Assembly (NCBI GenBank): GCA_965649205.1
Contig: CBFGJV010000009.1
Location: forward strand, 18,661 to 82,660
Length of the DNA stretch: 64,000 bases
Source: a candidate division WOR-3 bacterium
GTDB taxonomy: Bacteria > Hydrothermota > Tepidihabitantia > Tepidihabitantales > Tepidihabitantaceae
Reading direction: 5' to 3'
The notes below the pieces were generated by a model. The model was not told the origin of the DNA. It saw only the letters and a list, made by a program, of their open reading frames with translations, and ran no database searches. Numbering within the stretch: the first letter of the stretch is position 1; each line of letters starts with the position of its first letter. Below are positions 9,883 through 20,700 of the stretch, piece by piece. Both the position numbers and the translations under genes were made by a program.

Positions 9883-12236
9883 CCGCTGTTTCCTCTCCTG
9901 GTCAACAGCTCGTCCGCAACTCCAGACTTCATGGTCACTACCGTAACCCCGTCACCACCCTCAGCGGGCTCTCCCAAACGGAAAGTGTCTATGCGAGGGT
10001 CCTGCCTCAGCATCTCTCTAACCATCCGCCTGAGCACCCCGGTACCCTTGCCGTGCACCAGCCACACCTGTCTTACCCCCAAACTCACCGCCTCGTCCAA
10101 AAACCTTTCCAAAGCCGCAGCAGCCTCTTCCCGACTCATACCCAGAAGCTGGAGCCGGGAATCAAAACCTGCCGCAGCCTCATGGACTACTTCGTGCCGA
10201 CCGTCAGTTCTGCTCCCGGCATTAGAAAACATGTCTTTCTCCAAATCCTCCGGTCTCAATTGCATTTTTATGCTGCCGAAAGCTACGGTTACAGTATCGG
10301 TTCCCACCTCTGTAACTACTCCTCGCTTGCCCAGCGAACTTGACTTTACTACCTCCCCTACGCTGTAGGCCAGGCGTTCCTTCTTCGGTATGCCGGCAGT
10401 CGGAACTTGGGTCTGAGACAACGACTGTTCCACAAACCTCTTTGCCCTCACAACCGCTTCGTGCGCAGCCTGGGTTTCTCTTATCTGACGTACCAGATTC
10501 TCTATCTCCCGCCGAGCGGCAACCAGCATTTCTCTTCTCTCGGCCTGCAGTTGAGCACGCTCCTTTTCCCGCCAGCGCTGCCACTCCTCCTGTTTCGCCT
10601 CGTAATCGCGCTTCAACTCTGCCGCCCTCCATTTCTCCTCCTCCGCTATCTGCCTGGCCCGGCGCGCCTCCTCCAGTTCCACTTCCAACGCCCGCAGCTT
10701 GGCGTTCATATCCAGCCATTCCTGACCCAATCGTAACTCCGCCCGGGAAATAAGTTCTGGCGGCAATCCGACCGCAGCTGCAATCTCCAGGGCACTTGAC
10801 TCTCCGGGAAAACCGAACGTAAGTTGAAAAGTTGGCTTACCCTGGGCAAAACCCATGGCGGCGTTGACCATTCCCGCCTCGTTCTGCACAAACAACTTCA
10901 ACACTCCAAAATGGCTGGTGGCAACTGTGACAACTTGGCGGTCACGTAGCGTCTCCAGCACCGCCATGGCCAGAGCCGCGCCTTCCTCGGGAGATGTAGA
11001 AGCACCTATTTCGTCCAGAAGTACCAGGTGATGCCTGTCGGCCTGCTCCAGTATTTCCTTCAGCCGGGACACATGGCCGGTGAAAGAAGACAGACCGTCA
11101 TCCAACGACTGCTCATCGCCTATGTCGGCAAATACCCGAGGGAAGAAAGGTAAACGAGTGCCTGCAGCAGCGAGTACGGGAATACCGCAACTCAGCATAA
11201 GACACAGAATACCCAAAGTTTTTATCGCCACCGTCTTGCCGCCTGCGTTCGGACCGGATATAAGCACCACATACGTGCTCTCAGGCAACTGGAAATACAA
11301 AGGCACCACATCTTTTTTTCTAGCAGCCAGCAACGGGTGTCTGCCCGCCACCAGTTTTAGACTGCCGTCAGTGCTCACAACCGGCCGACAGCAGTCAAAC
11401 GCTTTGCCGTACCTTGACTTGGCCAGAAGTAAGTCCAGTTCACCTATTGCTGCTAGAGCCTCTTGCAGCTCGTTCGCGTAACCCGCCACCAGACTGGAAA
11501 GCCGCCGCAGAATCCGCCCAACCTCCTCCATCTCCAGACCCCGCAGCTCGGCCAGTTCATTCTGCTCCGCCACTGTCTCCATCGGCTCTACAAACAGAGT
11601 GTGTCCTGTGCCGGAGCTTTCGTGGATAACTGCCGGCAGCTTGTCCCGTGCTTCTACCTTCAACGCCAGCACGTAGCGGTCATGCCGCACCGTGGGCCGA
11701 TCAGAATACCAATCTGGATGTTCAGCCACCATCGCTTCCAGCCGCTCTATCAATCTGTTTCTTCTTCTCCGCATTTCTCTCCTGGCCTGAGCCAGAAGAG
11801 GGCTGGCTTCGTCACGCACTTCCCCTGTTTCCTCCAACGCCGCCCCGAGTTCCACTTCTACATTGGGCAAAACGTGCAGTCGTTCTATTAGCTGTCGCAC
11901 AGCAGCAGTACGTTTCACCCTTCGGTCAAGAAAATGGCGACATTCTCTTATACCCGCACAAGCCTCCCGCACCGCCACAAGCTCTGGTCCGGAAAGAACC
12001 GCTTCCTGCGCCGCGCGAACCAGCGCAGCCCGCACATCTGCAATCCGGCCGAGCGGCGGCTCCTCTTCCAAAGCAGCGAGTTCGTACACCCGGTCATACT
12101 CGGCATTGACCGCAACAGGATCCGAAAAAGGCTGTATGGCCAGTGCCAGTTCCCGGCCCATGGGTGTACGGCAGTAGGCAGCCACAAGCTCCCGCACGCG
12201 CGGGAAATCTAGGGGCTCCAAGCTTAAGTCGGACAA
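9879..12236 (-). CDS. mutS2: MutS2 (endonuclease/ribosome-collision factor) with Smr domain
   Basis: SGPNAGGKT, ADIGDEQS, LLDEIG, C-terminal HGKGTG...GGDG Smr domain. Confidence 0.95.
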   Translation of the reverse strand: MSDLSLEPLDFPRVRELVAAYCRTPMGRELALAIQPFSDPVAVNAEYDRVYELAALEEEPPLGRIADVRAALVRAAQEAVLSGPELVAVREACAGIRECRHFLDRRVKRTAAVRQLIERLHVLPNVEVELGAALEETGEVRDEASPLLAQARREMRRRRNRLIERLEAMVAEHPDWYSDRPTVRHDRYVLALKVEARDKLPAVIHESSGTGHTLFVEPMETVAEQNELAELRGLEMEEVGRILRRLSSLVAGYANELQEALAAIGELDLLLAKSRYGKAFDCCRPVVSTDGSLKLVAGRHPLLAARKKDVVPLYFQLPESTYVVLISGPNAGGKTVAIKTLGILCLMLSCGIPVLAAAGTRLPFFPRVFADIGDEQSLDDGLSSFTGHVSRLKEILEQADRHHLVLLDEIGASTSPEEGAALAMAVLETLRDRQVVTVATSHFGVLKLFVQNEAGMVNAAMGFAQGKPTFQLTFGFPGESSALEIAAAVGLPPELISRAELRLGQEWLDMNAKLRALEVELEEARRARQIAEEEKWRAAELKRDYEAKQEEWQRWREKERAQLQAERREMLVAARREIENLVRQIRETQAAHEAVVRAKRFVEQSLSQTQVPTAGIPKKERLAYSVGEVVKSSSLGKRGVVTEVGTDTVTVAFGSIKMQLRPEDLEKDMFSNAGSRTDGRHEVVHEAAAGFDSRLQLLGMSREEAAAALERFLDEAVSLGVRQVWLVHGKGTGVLRRMVREMLRQDPRIDTFRLGEPAEGGDGVTVVTMKSGVADELLTRRGNSG

Positions 12237-12261
12237 CTAAGCTCCTTTGACTGTTACGCTC

Positions 12262-12459
12262 TCAGCTCAGGTCTGCCTGCTGGCGGCGCCAGTTACGCCT
12301 GCGCGCTTCTGCCGCCTTGCGCTTTCTACGCACACTCGGCTTCTCGTAGTATTCCCGACGCTTCACATCGCGCAGTATGCCCGCCTTTTCGCATACGCGG
12401 CGAAATCTGCGCATGAAGCTCTCGTACGATTCGCCTTCCTTCACGGTAATACCGGCCAT
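12262..12459 (-). CDS. rpsU: 30S ribosomal protein S21
   Basis: RRF...YYEKPS...KRK; AGGAGG SD. Confidence 0.96.
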   Translation of the reverse strand: MAGITVKEGESYESFMRRFRRVCEKAGILRDVKRREYYEKPSVRRKRKAAEARRRNWRRQQADLS

Positions 12460-12465
12460 TTCTCG

Positions 12466-13290
12466 CTAACACCTCCTTTCTGTAAATACCTCCCCTCCGG
12501 TCAGTATTGTGGGCTTCTCTGCCCCTGACCGGAAAGTATGGGGCCGTTCTTCATCTCCTCTTCTTTGTCCACCCAGCTGACCCAGATGCGAAAGCACCAG
12601 GGCCACAGCCGCAGTTGCAGCTGTCTCAGCCCGTAACCTTCTCGGGCCCAGACTGAAGCTTTGCATCCCGGCTGTTTGCATTCGTGCAATTTCTTCTGGC
12701 TCAAATCCTCCTTCCGGTCCAATCAGCAGCAGAACCGATTTGACCTGGGGATTGAGCACATCTGTCAAACCTGCCTCTGTTTCTTCCTCGTATGCGACCA
12801 CGGTTGCTTCAAACTCTGGGGTTCGCTGCAGCAGCTCGGACAGCTCCACAGGGTCGGCTAGGGGCGGCAGCACAGACCGCAGCGAACACTTCACGGCCTC
12901 GACCATCTTCCGCCGCAGATGTTCCAGCTTCGCCTGACTCAACCTAGCCACCGTGCGGGCACTGCGAACCGGCACTATCTCGCTGACCCCCAGCTGAGTA
13001 ACGCTATCCACCAGCTCCGCCATTCGCTCACCCTTGATAATACTCTGGGCCAGCACTAGACGAACGCCGCTCTCTCTCTCTCGCTCCCGTGTCGCTCGTA
13101 CTCTACCGGTGACCCGAGTCGGCTTCACCGTCAAAAGCTCCAGTTCGTATTCTTTGCCTTTTCCGTCGGTAGCAAGCACTCTGTCGCCGGAGCGATGGCG
13201 TAACACCCGGGCGAGATGATTTGCTTCCTGGCCGGATATAACAACCAAACCATCCGGCCCCACCGGTTCTTTTAGGAAAAAAAGCTCCAT
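12466..13290 (-). CDS. rsmE: 16S rRNA m3U1498 methyltransferase
   Basis: HLARVLR, IGPEGGF, LGPRRLRAETA. Confidence 0.95.
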   Translation of the reverse strand: MELFFLKEPVGPDGLVVISGQEANHLARVLRHRSGDRVLATDGKGKEYELELLTVKPTRVTGRVRATRERERESGVRLVLAQSIIKGERMAELVDSVTQLGVSEIVPVRSARTVARLSQAKLEHLRRKMVEAVKCSLRSVLPPLADPVELSELLQRTPEFEATVVAYEEETEAGLTDVLNPQVKSVLLLIGPEGGFEPEEIARMQTAGMQSFSLGPRRLRAETAATAAVALVLSHLGQLGGQRRGDEERPHTFRSGAEKPTILTGGEVFTERRC

Positions 13291-14429
13291 CAGCGTGGCT
13301 TTCTCGGTACCAGGTCAACCCGACTCTCTGTGTCTGCCAGCGCCTTCCACAGTCTCTTCTCTTCTGGACTCAGCTTGACCGGCACTCTTACCACAATACG
13401 AACCAGCTCGTCCCCTCGCCCTCCGTCCAAACGCTTGATCCCCGCTCCCCGCAACCGCAAGAACGTACCGGATTCTGTCCCCGCAGGCAGAGTGACAGTC
13501 TTCTCCCCGTTCAAAGTAGGCACAACCAGCTTCGCCCCCAACACTGCCTGGGCTGGGGTAACCGGCATCTCCACCACAATATCGTCTCCCTGCCGCACAA
13601 AGAGCGGATGTTCTTTCTCCTCTATTTCTATCAGCACATCTCCAGTCCCGCCAGGTCCGAAGTGGCCTTCGCCCCGCAGGGGAATATAGTTGCCCGTCGC
13701 CACGCCTGCGGGAATCCTCACCTTCAAGGTACGCTGCCGTCGTACGCGGCCCTCACCTTCGCACGCCCTGCACAACTCCTTCACCCGCACGCCTTCTCCA
13801 CCGCATGCCGGACAGGTGGACACCTGCATAAACTGACCGAAAACCGAACTGGTCCGGCGCTGCACGCGGCCCTGGCCTCGGCAGGTGGGACAGGTAACCC
13901 GACCGGTCCCGCCCTTTCCCCCACATACTTCGCAAGCCTCATAGCGGGAAAAGGTTACTTCCCGCACCACCCCTTCGGCTATCTCCTCCAAGGAAAGCTT
14001 CATTCTGATTCTGATGTCGCCGCCCCGACGGCTGGCACTGCTCGTCCGCTCCGAACTACCGAAAAGCACATCAAACAGACTTCCGGAGCTGAAACCTCCT
14101 CCAAACCCGCGCAACAGGTCGCCGAAGATGTCACTGATATCTTCGGCGTGGGTAAAGTCACGACGGAAATCAAACCCGCCTGGTCCGAACTGACGCGACA
14201 CCCCTTCGTGTCCATACTGGTCATACAGACGCCGCTTGTTCTCATCGGCCAAAACCTCGTAAGCCTCGGAAAGTTCCTTAAACTTTTCCTCCGCCTCTGC
14301 CCGGTTGCCCGGATTCTGATCCGGATGGTATTGTTTGGCCAGACGGCGATAGGCTGTTTTTATTTCCTCTGCCGTGGCGTTACGCGGCACCCCCAATACT
14401 TCATAATAGTCCCGTTTTGTCTCAGGCAT
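13290..14429 (-). CDS. dnaJ: Chaperone DnaJ
   Basis: J domain HPD, G/F region, four CxxCxGxG repeats. Confidence 0.97.
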   Translation of the reverse strand: MPETKRDYYEVLGVPRNATAEEIKTAYRRLAKQYHPDQNPGNRAEAEEKFKELSEAYEVLADENKRRLYDQYGHEGVSRQFGPGGFDFRRDFTHAEDISDIFGDLLRGFGGGFSSGSLFDVLFGSSERTSSASRRGGDIRIRMKLSLEEIAEGVVREVTFSRYEACEVCGGKGGTGRVTCPTCRGQGRVQRRTSSVFGQFMQVSTCPACGGEGVRVKELCRACEGEGRVRRQRTLKVRIPAGVATGNYIPLRGEGHFGPGGTGDVLIEIEEKEHPLFVRQGDDIVVEMPVTPAQAVLGAKLVVPTLNGEKTVTLPAGTESGTFLRLRGAGIKRLDGGRGDELVRIVVRVPVKLSPEEKRLWKALADTESRVDLVPRKPR

Positions 14430-14451
14430 TAGGTAATACTACACCTCCGCC

Positions 14452-14520
14452 AAAAACGCAGCCCAGCCCTGCCGGCTGAACTTCGGAACAAACCGCGGTT
14501 CAGTGCAGAGCTTGCTGCGT
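14452..14520 (-). terminator. Long stem-loop with U tract between dnaK and dnaJ (attenuator/terminator)
   Basis: Minus strand: ACGCAGC..CTCTGC.CTGAAC-loop-GTTCAG..GCAGGG..GCTGCGT followed by TTTT. Confidence 0.6.
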
Positions 14521-14536
14521 ATTACTTTCAACCTCG

Positions 14537-16450
14537 CTACTTCTTCTCCTCTTCGTCAATAACCTGATAATCTGCTTCCACTTTCTTACCGGACTCAGAT
14601 CCGGACACACCGCTGTCCTTTGTCTTTGTTGCGCTCTCTCCAGACTTGGTCTCGGCCTGCTGGCGGTACATCTCCTCAGCCAGTTTGTAGCTCACCTTCT
14701 GCAGTTCTTCGATAGCCGAATCAATCGCCGCCTTATCATCGCCCTTCATGGCGGTCTTCAGAGCAGCAATTGCTTCCTCTACGCGCTTTCTCTCGTCTGC
14801 CGCCACCCGCGAACCAAAATCCTTCAGCGTGCGCTCGGTCTGATAAATAAGAGTATCAGCCCGATTGCGGCTGTCAACCAGCTCGCGTCGCCGCCGGTCT
14901 TCGGCTGCATGGGCCTGAGCCTCGGCAATCTTGCGTTCCACTTCCTCCTTCGACAGTCCGGAAGAAGCGGTAATCCTGATGCTCTGTTCTTTGCCGGTTG
15001 CCTTGTCTCTGGCCGTTACATTGAGAATGCCATTTGAATCAATGTCAAACGTGACCTCAATCTGCGGAATACCGCGCGGAGCAGGCGGGATTCCCGTAAG
15101 TTCAAACTTGCCCAGAGTACGGTTATCCGCCGCCATCTCCCGCTCTCCTTGCAACACATGTATCGTCACGGCCGGCTGATTGTCCTCAGCGGTAGTGAAA
15201 ATCTGCGTCTTGCGGGTGGGTATGGTGGTATTCCGCTCGATTATCTTGGTCATCACTCCGCCCAAAGTCTCAATACCCAGAGACAGCGGAGTAACATCGA
15301 GAAGTACGATATCCTTCACCTCACCGGCCAGAACTGCCCCTTGAATGGCCGCACCAATGGCAACCACTTCGTCCGGGTTTATGCCCTTGTGTGGCTCCTT
15401 GCCAAAGAACTGCCGGACCGTTTCCTGCACCTTGGGCATACGGGTCTGCCCACCCACCAGAATCACCTCGTCTATGTCCCGGGGAGTAAGCTTGGCATCG
15501 GCCAAAGCCTGCTTCACCGGGCCCAGCGTTTTCTCAATCAGGTCTGCAACCAAAAGCTCCAGCTTGGCCCTTGTCAGCCTCATATCTATGTGCAACGGCC
15601 CCCGTTTCTCGTCCGCGTAGATGAAAGGCAGACTTATGGTAGTTTCCATCGAGGTGGAAAGCTCGCACTTCGCCTTTTCTGCCGCCTCCCTTATCCGCTG
15701 CAATGCGGTCTTGTCCCGCGAAAGGTCGATTCCGTTCTCGCGGCGGAACTCTTCAATTATCCAGTCCATCACGCGCTGATCGAAATCGTCTCCACCCAGA
15801 TGGGTATCACCGTTGGTGCTCTTCACCTCAAACACGCCCTCGCCTATTTCCAGAATGGAAATATCAAAGGTGCCGCCACCCAGGTCATATACGGCTATCT
15901 TCTCAGACTTCTTCTTGTCCAAACCATAAGCCAGAGCCGCAGCTGTGGGCTCGTTGATGATGCGCAACACCTCCAGACCGGCAATCCTACCTGCATCCTT
16001 GGTTGCGTGCCGCTGAGAATCGTTGAAATAGGCCGGCACGGTAATCACCGCTTTCGTCACAGCCTCGCCCAAATATGCCTCGGCGGCTTTCTTCAGGTAT
16101 TGCAACACCATGGCAGAAATTTCCGGCGGGGAATACTTCTGGCCATTTACCTCCACCCAGGCGTCACCATTATCTGCGGGCACTACCTTGAAAGGCACCC
16201 GCTTTATTTCCTCGGTCACTTCGGAATAGCGCCTGCCCATAAAACGTTTGATGGAATACAGGGTAGTCTCCGGATTGATGACCGCCTGACGACGCGCCAA
16301 TGTGCCTACCAGACGTTCCTTCCCCAGAGCCACAACTGAAGGCGTAGTTCTGCCGCCTTCTGGATTCGGGATAACAACCGGCTGCCCCCGCTCCATCACT
16401 GCCACACACGAAAAAGTTGTTCCCAAGTCTATACCAATTACTTTCGCCAT
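14537..16450 (-). CDS. dnaK: Chaperone DnaK
   Basis: [38 protein letters not shown]; AGGAGG SD before ATG 16450. Confidence 0.98.
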   Translation of the reverse strand: MAKVIGIDLGTTFSCVAVMERGQPVVIPNPEGGRTTPSVVALGKERLVGTLARRQAVINPETTLYSIKRFMGRRYSEVTEEIKRVPFKVVPADNGDAWVEVNGQKYSPPEISAMVLQYLKKAAEAYLGEAVTKAVITVPAYFNDSQRHATKDAGRIAGLEVLRIINEPTAAALAYGLDKKKSEKIAVYDLGGGTFDISILEIGEGVFEVKSTNGDTHLGGDDFDQRVMDWIIEEFRRENGIDLSRDKTALQRIREAAEKAKCELSTSMETTISLPFIYADEKRGPLHIDMRLTRAKLELLVADLIEKTLGPVKQALADAKLTPRDIDEVILVGGQTRMPKVQETVRQFFGKEPHKGINPDEVVAIGAAIQGAVLAGEVKDIVLLDVTPLSLGIETLGGVMTKIIERNTTIPTRKTQIFTTAEDNQPAVTIHVLQGEREMAADNRTLGKFELTGIPPAPRGIPQIEVTFDIDSNGILNVTARDKATGKEQSIRITASSGLSKEEVERKIAEAQAHAAEDRRRRELVDSRNRADTLIYQTERTLKDFGSRVAADERKRVEEAIAALKTAMKGDDKAAIDSAIEELQKVSYKLAEEMYRQQAETKSGESATKTKDSGVSGSESGKKVEADYQVIDEEEKK

Positions 16451-16476
16451 ACTAAACCTCCTGTTCTGACAAATTC

Positions 16477-17175
16477 CTACTTCCCTGTCTGTACCGGCTT
16501 GGCTACGACAACCTTCGCCGGCCTGATTACCTTGCCTCGGCAACTGAAGCCCTTGCACTGCTCTGCCACCACTGTATCGGGCTTGTGCTCTTCTGTATGC
16601 ACAAAGCTTATTGCCTCTGCTCTCCTTGGATCAAACTCTTCACCCAGACAACTGTACTCCTCCACTCCCTGCCGGGCCAACGCCTCGGCCAGCTGACGTC
16701 GGATAAGCACTATCCCTTCCCGCAGCTTATCTACGCTCCTTGCACTGTCATAGGCAGCAGAAGCGGCGGTCTTGGCCCCGTCGCCTCGTTCCGAACCGCT
16801 CTCCTCTCCCTTTTCCCGCGCGGCATTCTGCCCGGAATCGGCCTGCACCTTCTCACCCTCGCTGCCTGTACTCTTCCCACCGCCTACCTGCGTCCCTTTC
16901 TCCAGCATAGCCAGGGCTCTATCGAAACTGTCCAGAACCGGCAAAAGCTCGCAGACGACCGACTCTATGGCTGCCTGCCTCACCATTTCAAACTCTCTCT
17001 GCATTCTACGGCGATAGTTCTCAAACTCAGCCAAAGAACGGACATACTGCTCCTTGTGCTCGGCACACTCTTTCTCCAGTGCCGCGCACTTTTCCACTAA
17101 TTCGGTCACGGGTCCCTTCTTGGGCTGAGCTTCGGAACTACTTCCTGCGCCTGCATGAGAAAAACTTTCCGACAT
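16477..17175 (-). CDS. grpE: Nucleotide exchange factor GrpE (with a low-complexity insertion)
   Basis: [26 protein letters not shown]...RPAKVVV; start codon uncertain. Confidence 0.92.
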   Translation of the reverse strand: MSESFSHAGAGSSSEAQPKKGPVTELVEKCAALEKECAEHKEQYVRSLAEFENYRRRMQREFEMVRQAAIESVVCELLPVLDSFDRALAMLEKGTQVGGGKSTGSEGEKVQADSGQNAAREKGEESGSERGDGAKTAASAAYDSARSVDKLREGIVLIRRQLAEALARQGVEEYSCLGEEFDPRRAEAISFVHTEEHKPDTVVAEQCKGFSCRGKVIRPAKVVVAKPVQTGK

Positions 17176-17406
17176 AATTTTATGTGTATAACTTATTCCT
17201 CCGTTTATAGACCTGTAAAGAACATTACCTACTTGTGGACTTACCACTTAGACCACTTTTATCCGCCTGCCGATTCCCGCACCAACCACAACACCAGGCC
17301 AGGCATCGTCACTACAACTTATGAACCAACAGCCCAGAGGACTTGCCCCGGTTCTAACATCACCGCCGTCATACCATTTCATATACAAAGCCAACTGTCA
17401 TTCATA

Positions 17407-17545
17407 CAACCCCTTACAATGCTAAGCTTTACCATCTGTTACTTATATGTCCAACTTCTACAATAGACAGAGTGTTATCCGAACCCTATATCCACGTATC
17501 ACAACCAGACCCCACCCCTGGGCAACTGGGGGAACGGCTCCCCCA
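17407..17545. repeat. Copy 1 of an intergenic element (CAACCCCTTACAAT ... GGGGGA-N5-TCCCCC)
   Basis: The same two motifs occur in the same order at 49626-49778. Confidence 0.45.
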
Positions 17546-17680
17546 CTGAGGTATCCACAAGGTGTATTTATCTTTCTCAGGAACGCAATTCAAGTTTGTT
17601 GCGCTTTATCTTCTAATTTTATGGTCACTTAAGTCGCTCAATCTGTGCCTTGGTTTTGTGGTACACCCAGTCTTGCCCCC

Positions 17681-17710
17681 AAAAAAGGAGCGGGCACTAA
17701 GGCCCGCTCC
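17681..17710 (-). terminator. Rho-independent terminator of the large surface-protein gene
   Basis: GGAGCGGGC-loop-GCCCGCTCC followed by TTTTTT on the minus strand. Confidence 0.85.
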
Positions 17711-17731
17711 AACTTCACCACCCGAAGCAGG

Positions 17732-20700
17732 TTATTTCTTTATCGCCAGCTTCTGCGCAAGATGCAGGTTACCGGTATCCAGTCGGATAACATACACGCC
17801 GGCTGACAGATGACGCAGGTCTAGTAAAGTACCGGCTTCCCAATCGACAAAGACCAGTTCCCGGACAAGAACGCATCGCCCCAACGCATCAAAGATGCGC
17901 AGAGTTGCGCCTTGAACCGCATAATTCTTCAGCCCCGATACTCTGAGCGTGGCAAATCCGTCAACCAACGGATTCGGCATCACGCGGATAACCACCGTCC
18001 TTGTCTGCGCTTGGGCTTGTACCCCTGAAACTGGCGCTAGAGAACCTGCAGGCTTATACTTCGGTTCTACATATCTCCAGAACTCGTGGGTCTTGTTGCC
18101 CTTGAGCAGGAACAATGCCCTGTCCTTCCAGTTTACTAAACTGCCGCCGGCTTTTACGGTCTTCTTGCCTCCCGAACCGGTGCGGGGTATTGTATCCAGA
18201 ATTGACCAGCTATCTCCATTAGGACTATACCGGAAAAACGACTGACTGCCGCCGCCCTTCACCGCATAAATATGGCCGTCGCACCAGACACCTCCAGCCC
18301 CGTCTTTAGACTTTTTCCTCTTTTCTTTTCCATCTTCTATCCCCCAGACCGGCATTCCCTTGAGCGGACTAGGATTCCAGCTGTCCCTTGCCACATCATA
18401 CCGGAACATATAATGGTAACCGTTGCCCCCAATCTCCGCTGCCTGGTGGGCATAGATAAAACGGGACCGGTCATACACAAGGAATGAACCTCTGGCGTAC
18501 TTCTTTCTGTAATTACCATAAGGAGCGCTCTCCAGCGTGGTCCACTGTCTTAAGTCCACATCATAACGATAGAAGGCGGTCTTGACCCCGGCAAGCAGGT
18601 AGATGTATTCTTTCCCGCCTTTTTCCACATAAACAAGGTCATTGCCGCCCTTTATCTTCTGAGGAACTCGGGGCAAAGTTTCCCACTTGCCTTCTTCTAC
18701 CCGGTACCGCCAGAACCCCTGAGTGCCGCCACCTTTGACCATAAACAGATACTCTCTGCCGTCAGAAACTGCACAAGACCCCTTGGACACCGGCTTGAGT
18801 TTTCCCAGTGCCGGCTCCAGTTCCGGAATCGGAGAAAGTATAACCCAGCTGTCCCTTTCTGGATAGTATTTGTAGAAGTCGCTTGTCTTGTTACCCTTGG
18901 CCGCATAAATGACTGTGCCACTTCTGTCTTTATCCGGCCCTGCCACCAGCCAAGCACCATCCTTGGGCAACCGCGTCCTGGTGGGCAAGTCCGGCATGGG
19001 ACTCACATCATCCCACCCCTCAGGCCAGAGTTGTTCCACGACATTGCAAGTGCGCAACTTGCGGTCATTCTCCGGTCTGGTATCTGTAGCAAGCTGGGTC
19101 TGAGCCACCAGGTTGTACAGCCCGGGCTCGTCCGGAATCCAGCCGCGACCAAACAAGATGCCTTTTTCTTCCCCCACAGACAGACTCACAGTTGTCGTTT
19201 CGTCATACACTATCTCGTCATTAGGACCGGCAATAGTAACCCGCACTGGTACTTCCGGCTCCGCAACCTCTCCGTAGTTACCAACTACCAGCATCGGAAA
19301 CTGAGCCTGCCCCAAGACAACTCGCGCGGCGGGCTCCACGATTGCTTTCACGCCGACATCGTGCACCAACGAAGCTGACACCACTCGAAAACTTCTTATC
19401 AGGCTGTCGTTATCATTACGACCGTCTCCCGCCAGCTCCGTAGAACAGCGCACCACATAATCGCCTAGCAGAGAGGCAGTCCAGGATGCAGCAAACTCGT
19501 AGGTCAGTGGTTCTCCACCGACAGGAATCACCTTGTCCACCTGTTCCGATACGCTCCATCCCTCATTTGTCGGACCGGTAATAGTTACACGTACATACGG
19601 TTGAATCGCGCGATTACCGAAGTTAGCCACAACAACTCGGGGATGGACCGGCGTGTTTGTCGCCACCTCCCCAGCCGGATACAGAATGGCAGTAACTCCT
19701 GCATCGTACTTATCCAACTCTACCTGAAACTCTCCTTCATCTGCGGGACCGGCCGTGTTACCTGCATAATCGAACGCCTCCACAGTCCAGATATAGGTAC
19801 GCCCATCTTCCAGTTCTTCGGTCGGCTCCAGCTGATAGGAAGTGCGCCGAGTATTTTCCGGCTGCTCTATATCCCGCTCCAGCACCACCTGCCCCACAGA
19901 ACGGACCGTGAGTCGGAAACGCCGGGTATCATCTGTACCCTCCCATTCCAGCAGGGGACGCAGGGTATTTACCTTCACCCCTCCTATCGGCCGGACCAGA
20001 ACCGGTCTGCCGGGCGGGGTCAAATCAACGAAGACGCTGAAAAAAGAATCGCACCATGGTCCCGGCGCACCATTATCACCTCGCACCCGCCAGTACCAGC
20101 GGCCTTCCTCCAGCCCGGGCTCCTGCGGAATCCAGCGGTTGGTACCAATACCGGTAACAATGTACTCTGGCGTCTGAAAATCATCATTGTCATCCAGCTG
20201 TATGTCATAACCAGACACCGGCGGGCCAAGCGCACTCCAAAAGAACTCCGGCCGGCGCTGCTGCGGAGCTTTGACCGTGTCTCCATCGGGCGGCGTTTGC
20301 AAAACAGGTGCCTCTGTCAGCACAGTTCGGAATGTCTGAATTCCCCCCGTATTCTCAGTCTCGCCGGCTGCATTTCTTGCCACTATCTTCCAGTAGTAGT
20401 CAGTATTCGGCAACAATTCCGGCGGCGAGTATGATTCTGCCGACGCGGTTGTCTTGAACTCCGGCGGGTTCTTTGTATCGAGGTATACATCATAACTCTC
20501 TGCCCTTTCAGCCCGCTGCCATTGCATAATGACAGCGAGCGGTACCCCCTTTGCCCCATCTGACGGATAGGAAAGCGAAAAGCCGCCCGGTTTTGCCAGC
20601 GTAGTAAAACTATAGACCTTTGCTGCCAACGTCCTCTGGCCGGGCACATCTTTGTCCTTGGCCGCCACGGTCCAGTAGTACTTCTGTCCCGGCAAAGCCG

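Noticed and set aside
14452-14520. SRP RNA candidate
   Set aside because: The long hairpin lacks the TCAGG...GGAAG...AGCAG helix-8 motif.
15149-16339. 396-aa antisense ORF to dnaK (also long antisense ORFs over rpsA 33574-34668 and lptFG 46844-48298)
   Set aside because: Shadow ORFs opposite well-conserved genes, expected from codon bias.
17176-17400. CIRCE/HrcA operator before grpE
   Set aside because: No TTAGCACTC-N9-GAGTGCTAA found and no hrcA in the window.
17176-17731. Chromosomal origin (oriC) in the grpE upstream region
   Set aside because: Only one perfect DnaA box, no dnaA/dnaN nearby, and no visible change in strand C/G bias across the region.
17155-17813. Short plus-strand ORFs (103, 61, 83 aa) in the intergenic region
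   Set aside because: No SD, no recognisable motifs, atypical composition; they overlap a terminator and the grpE start.
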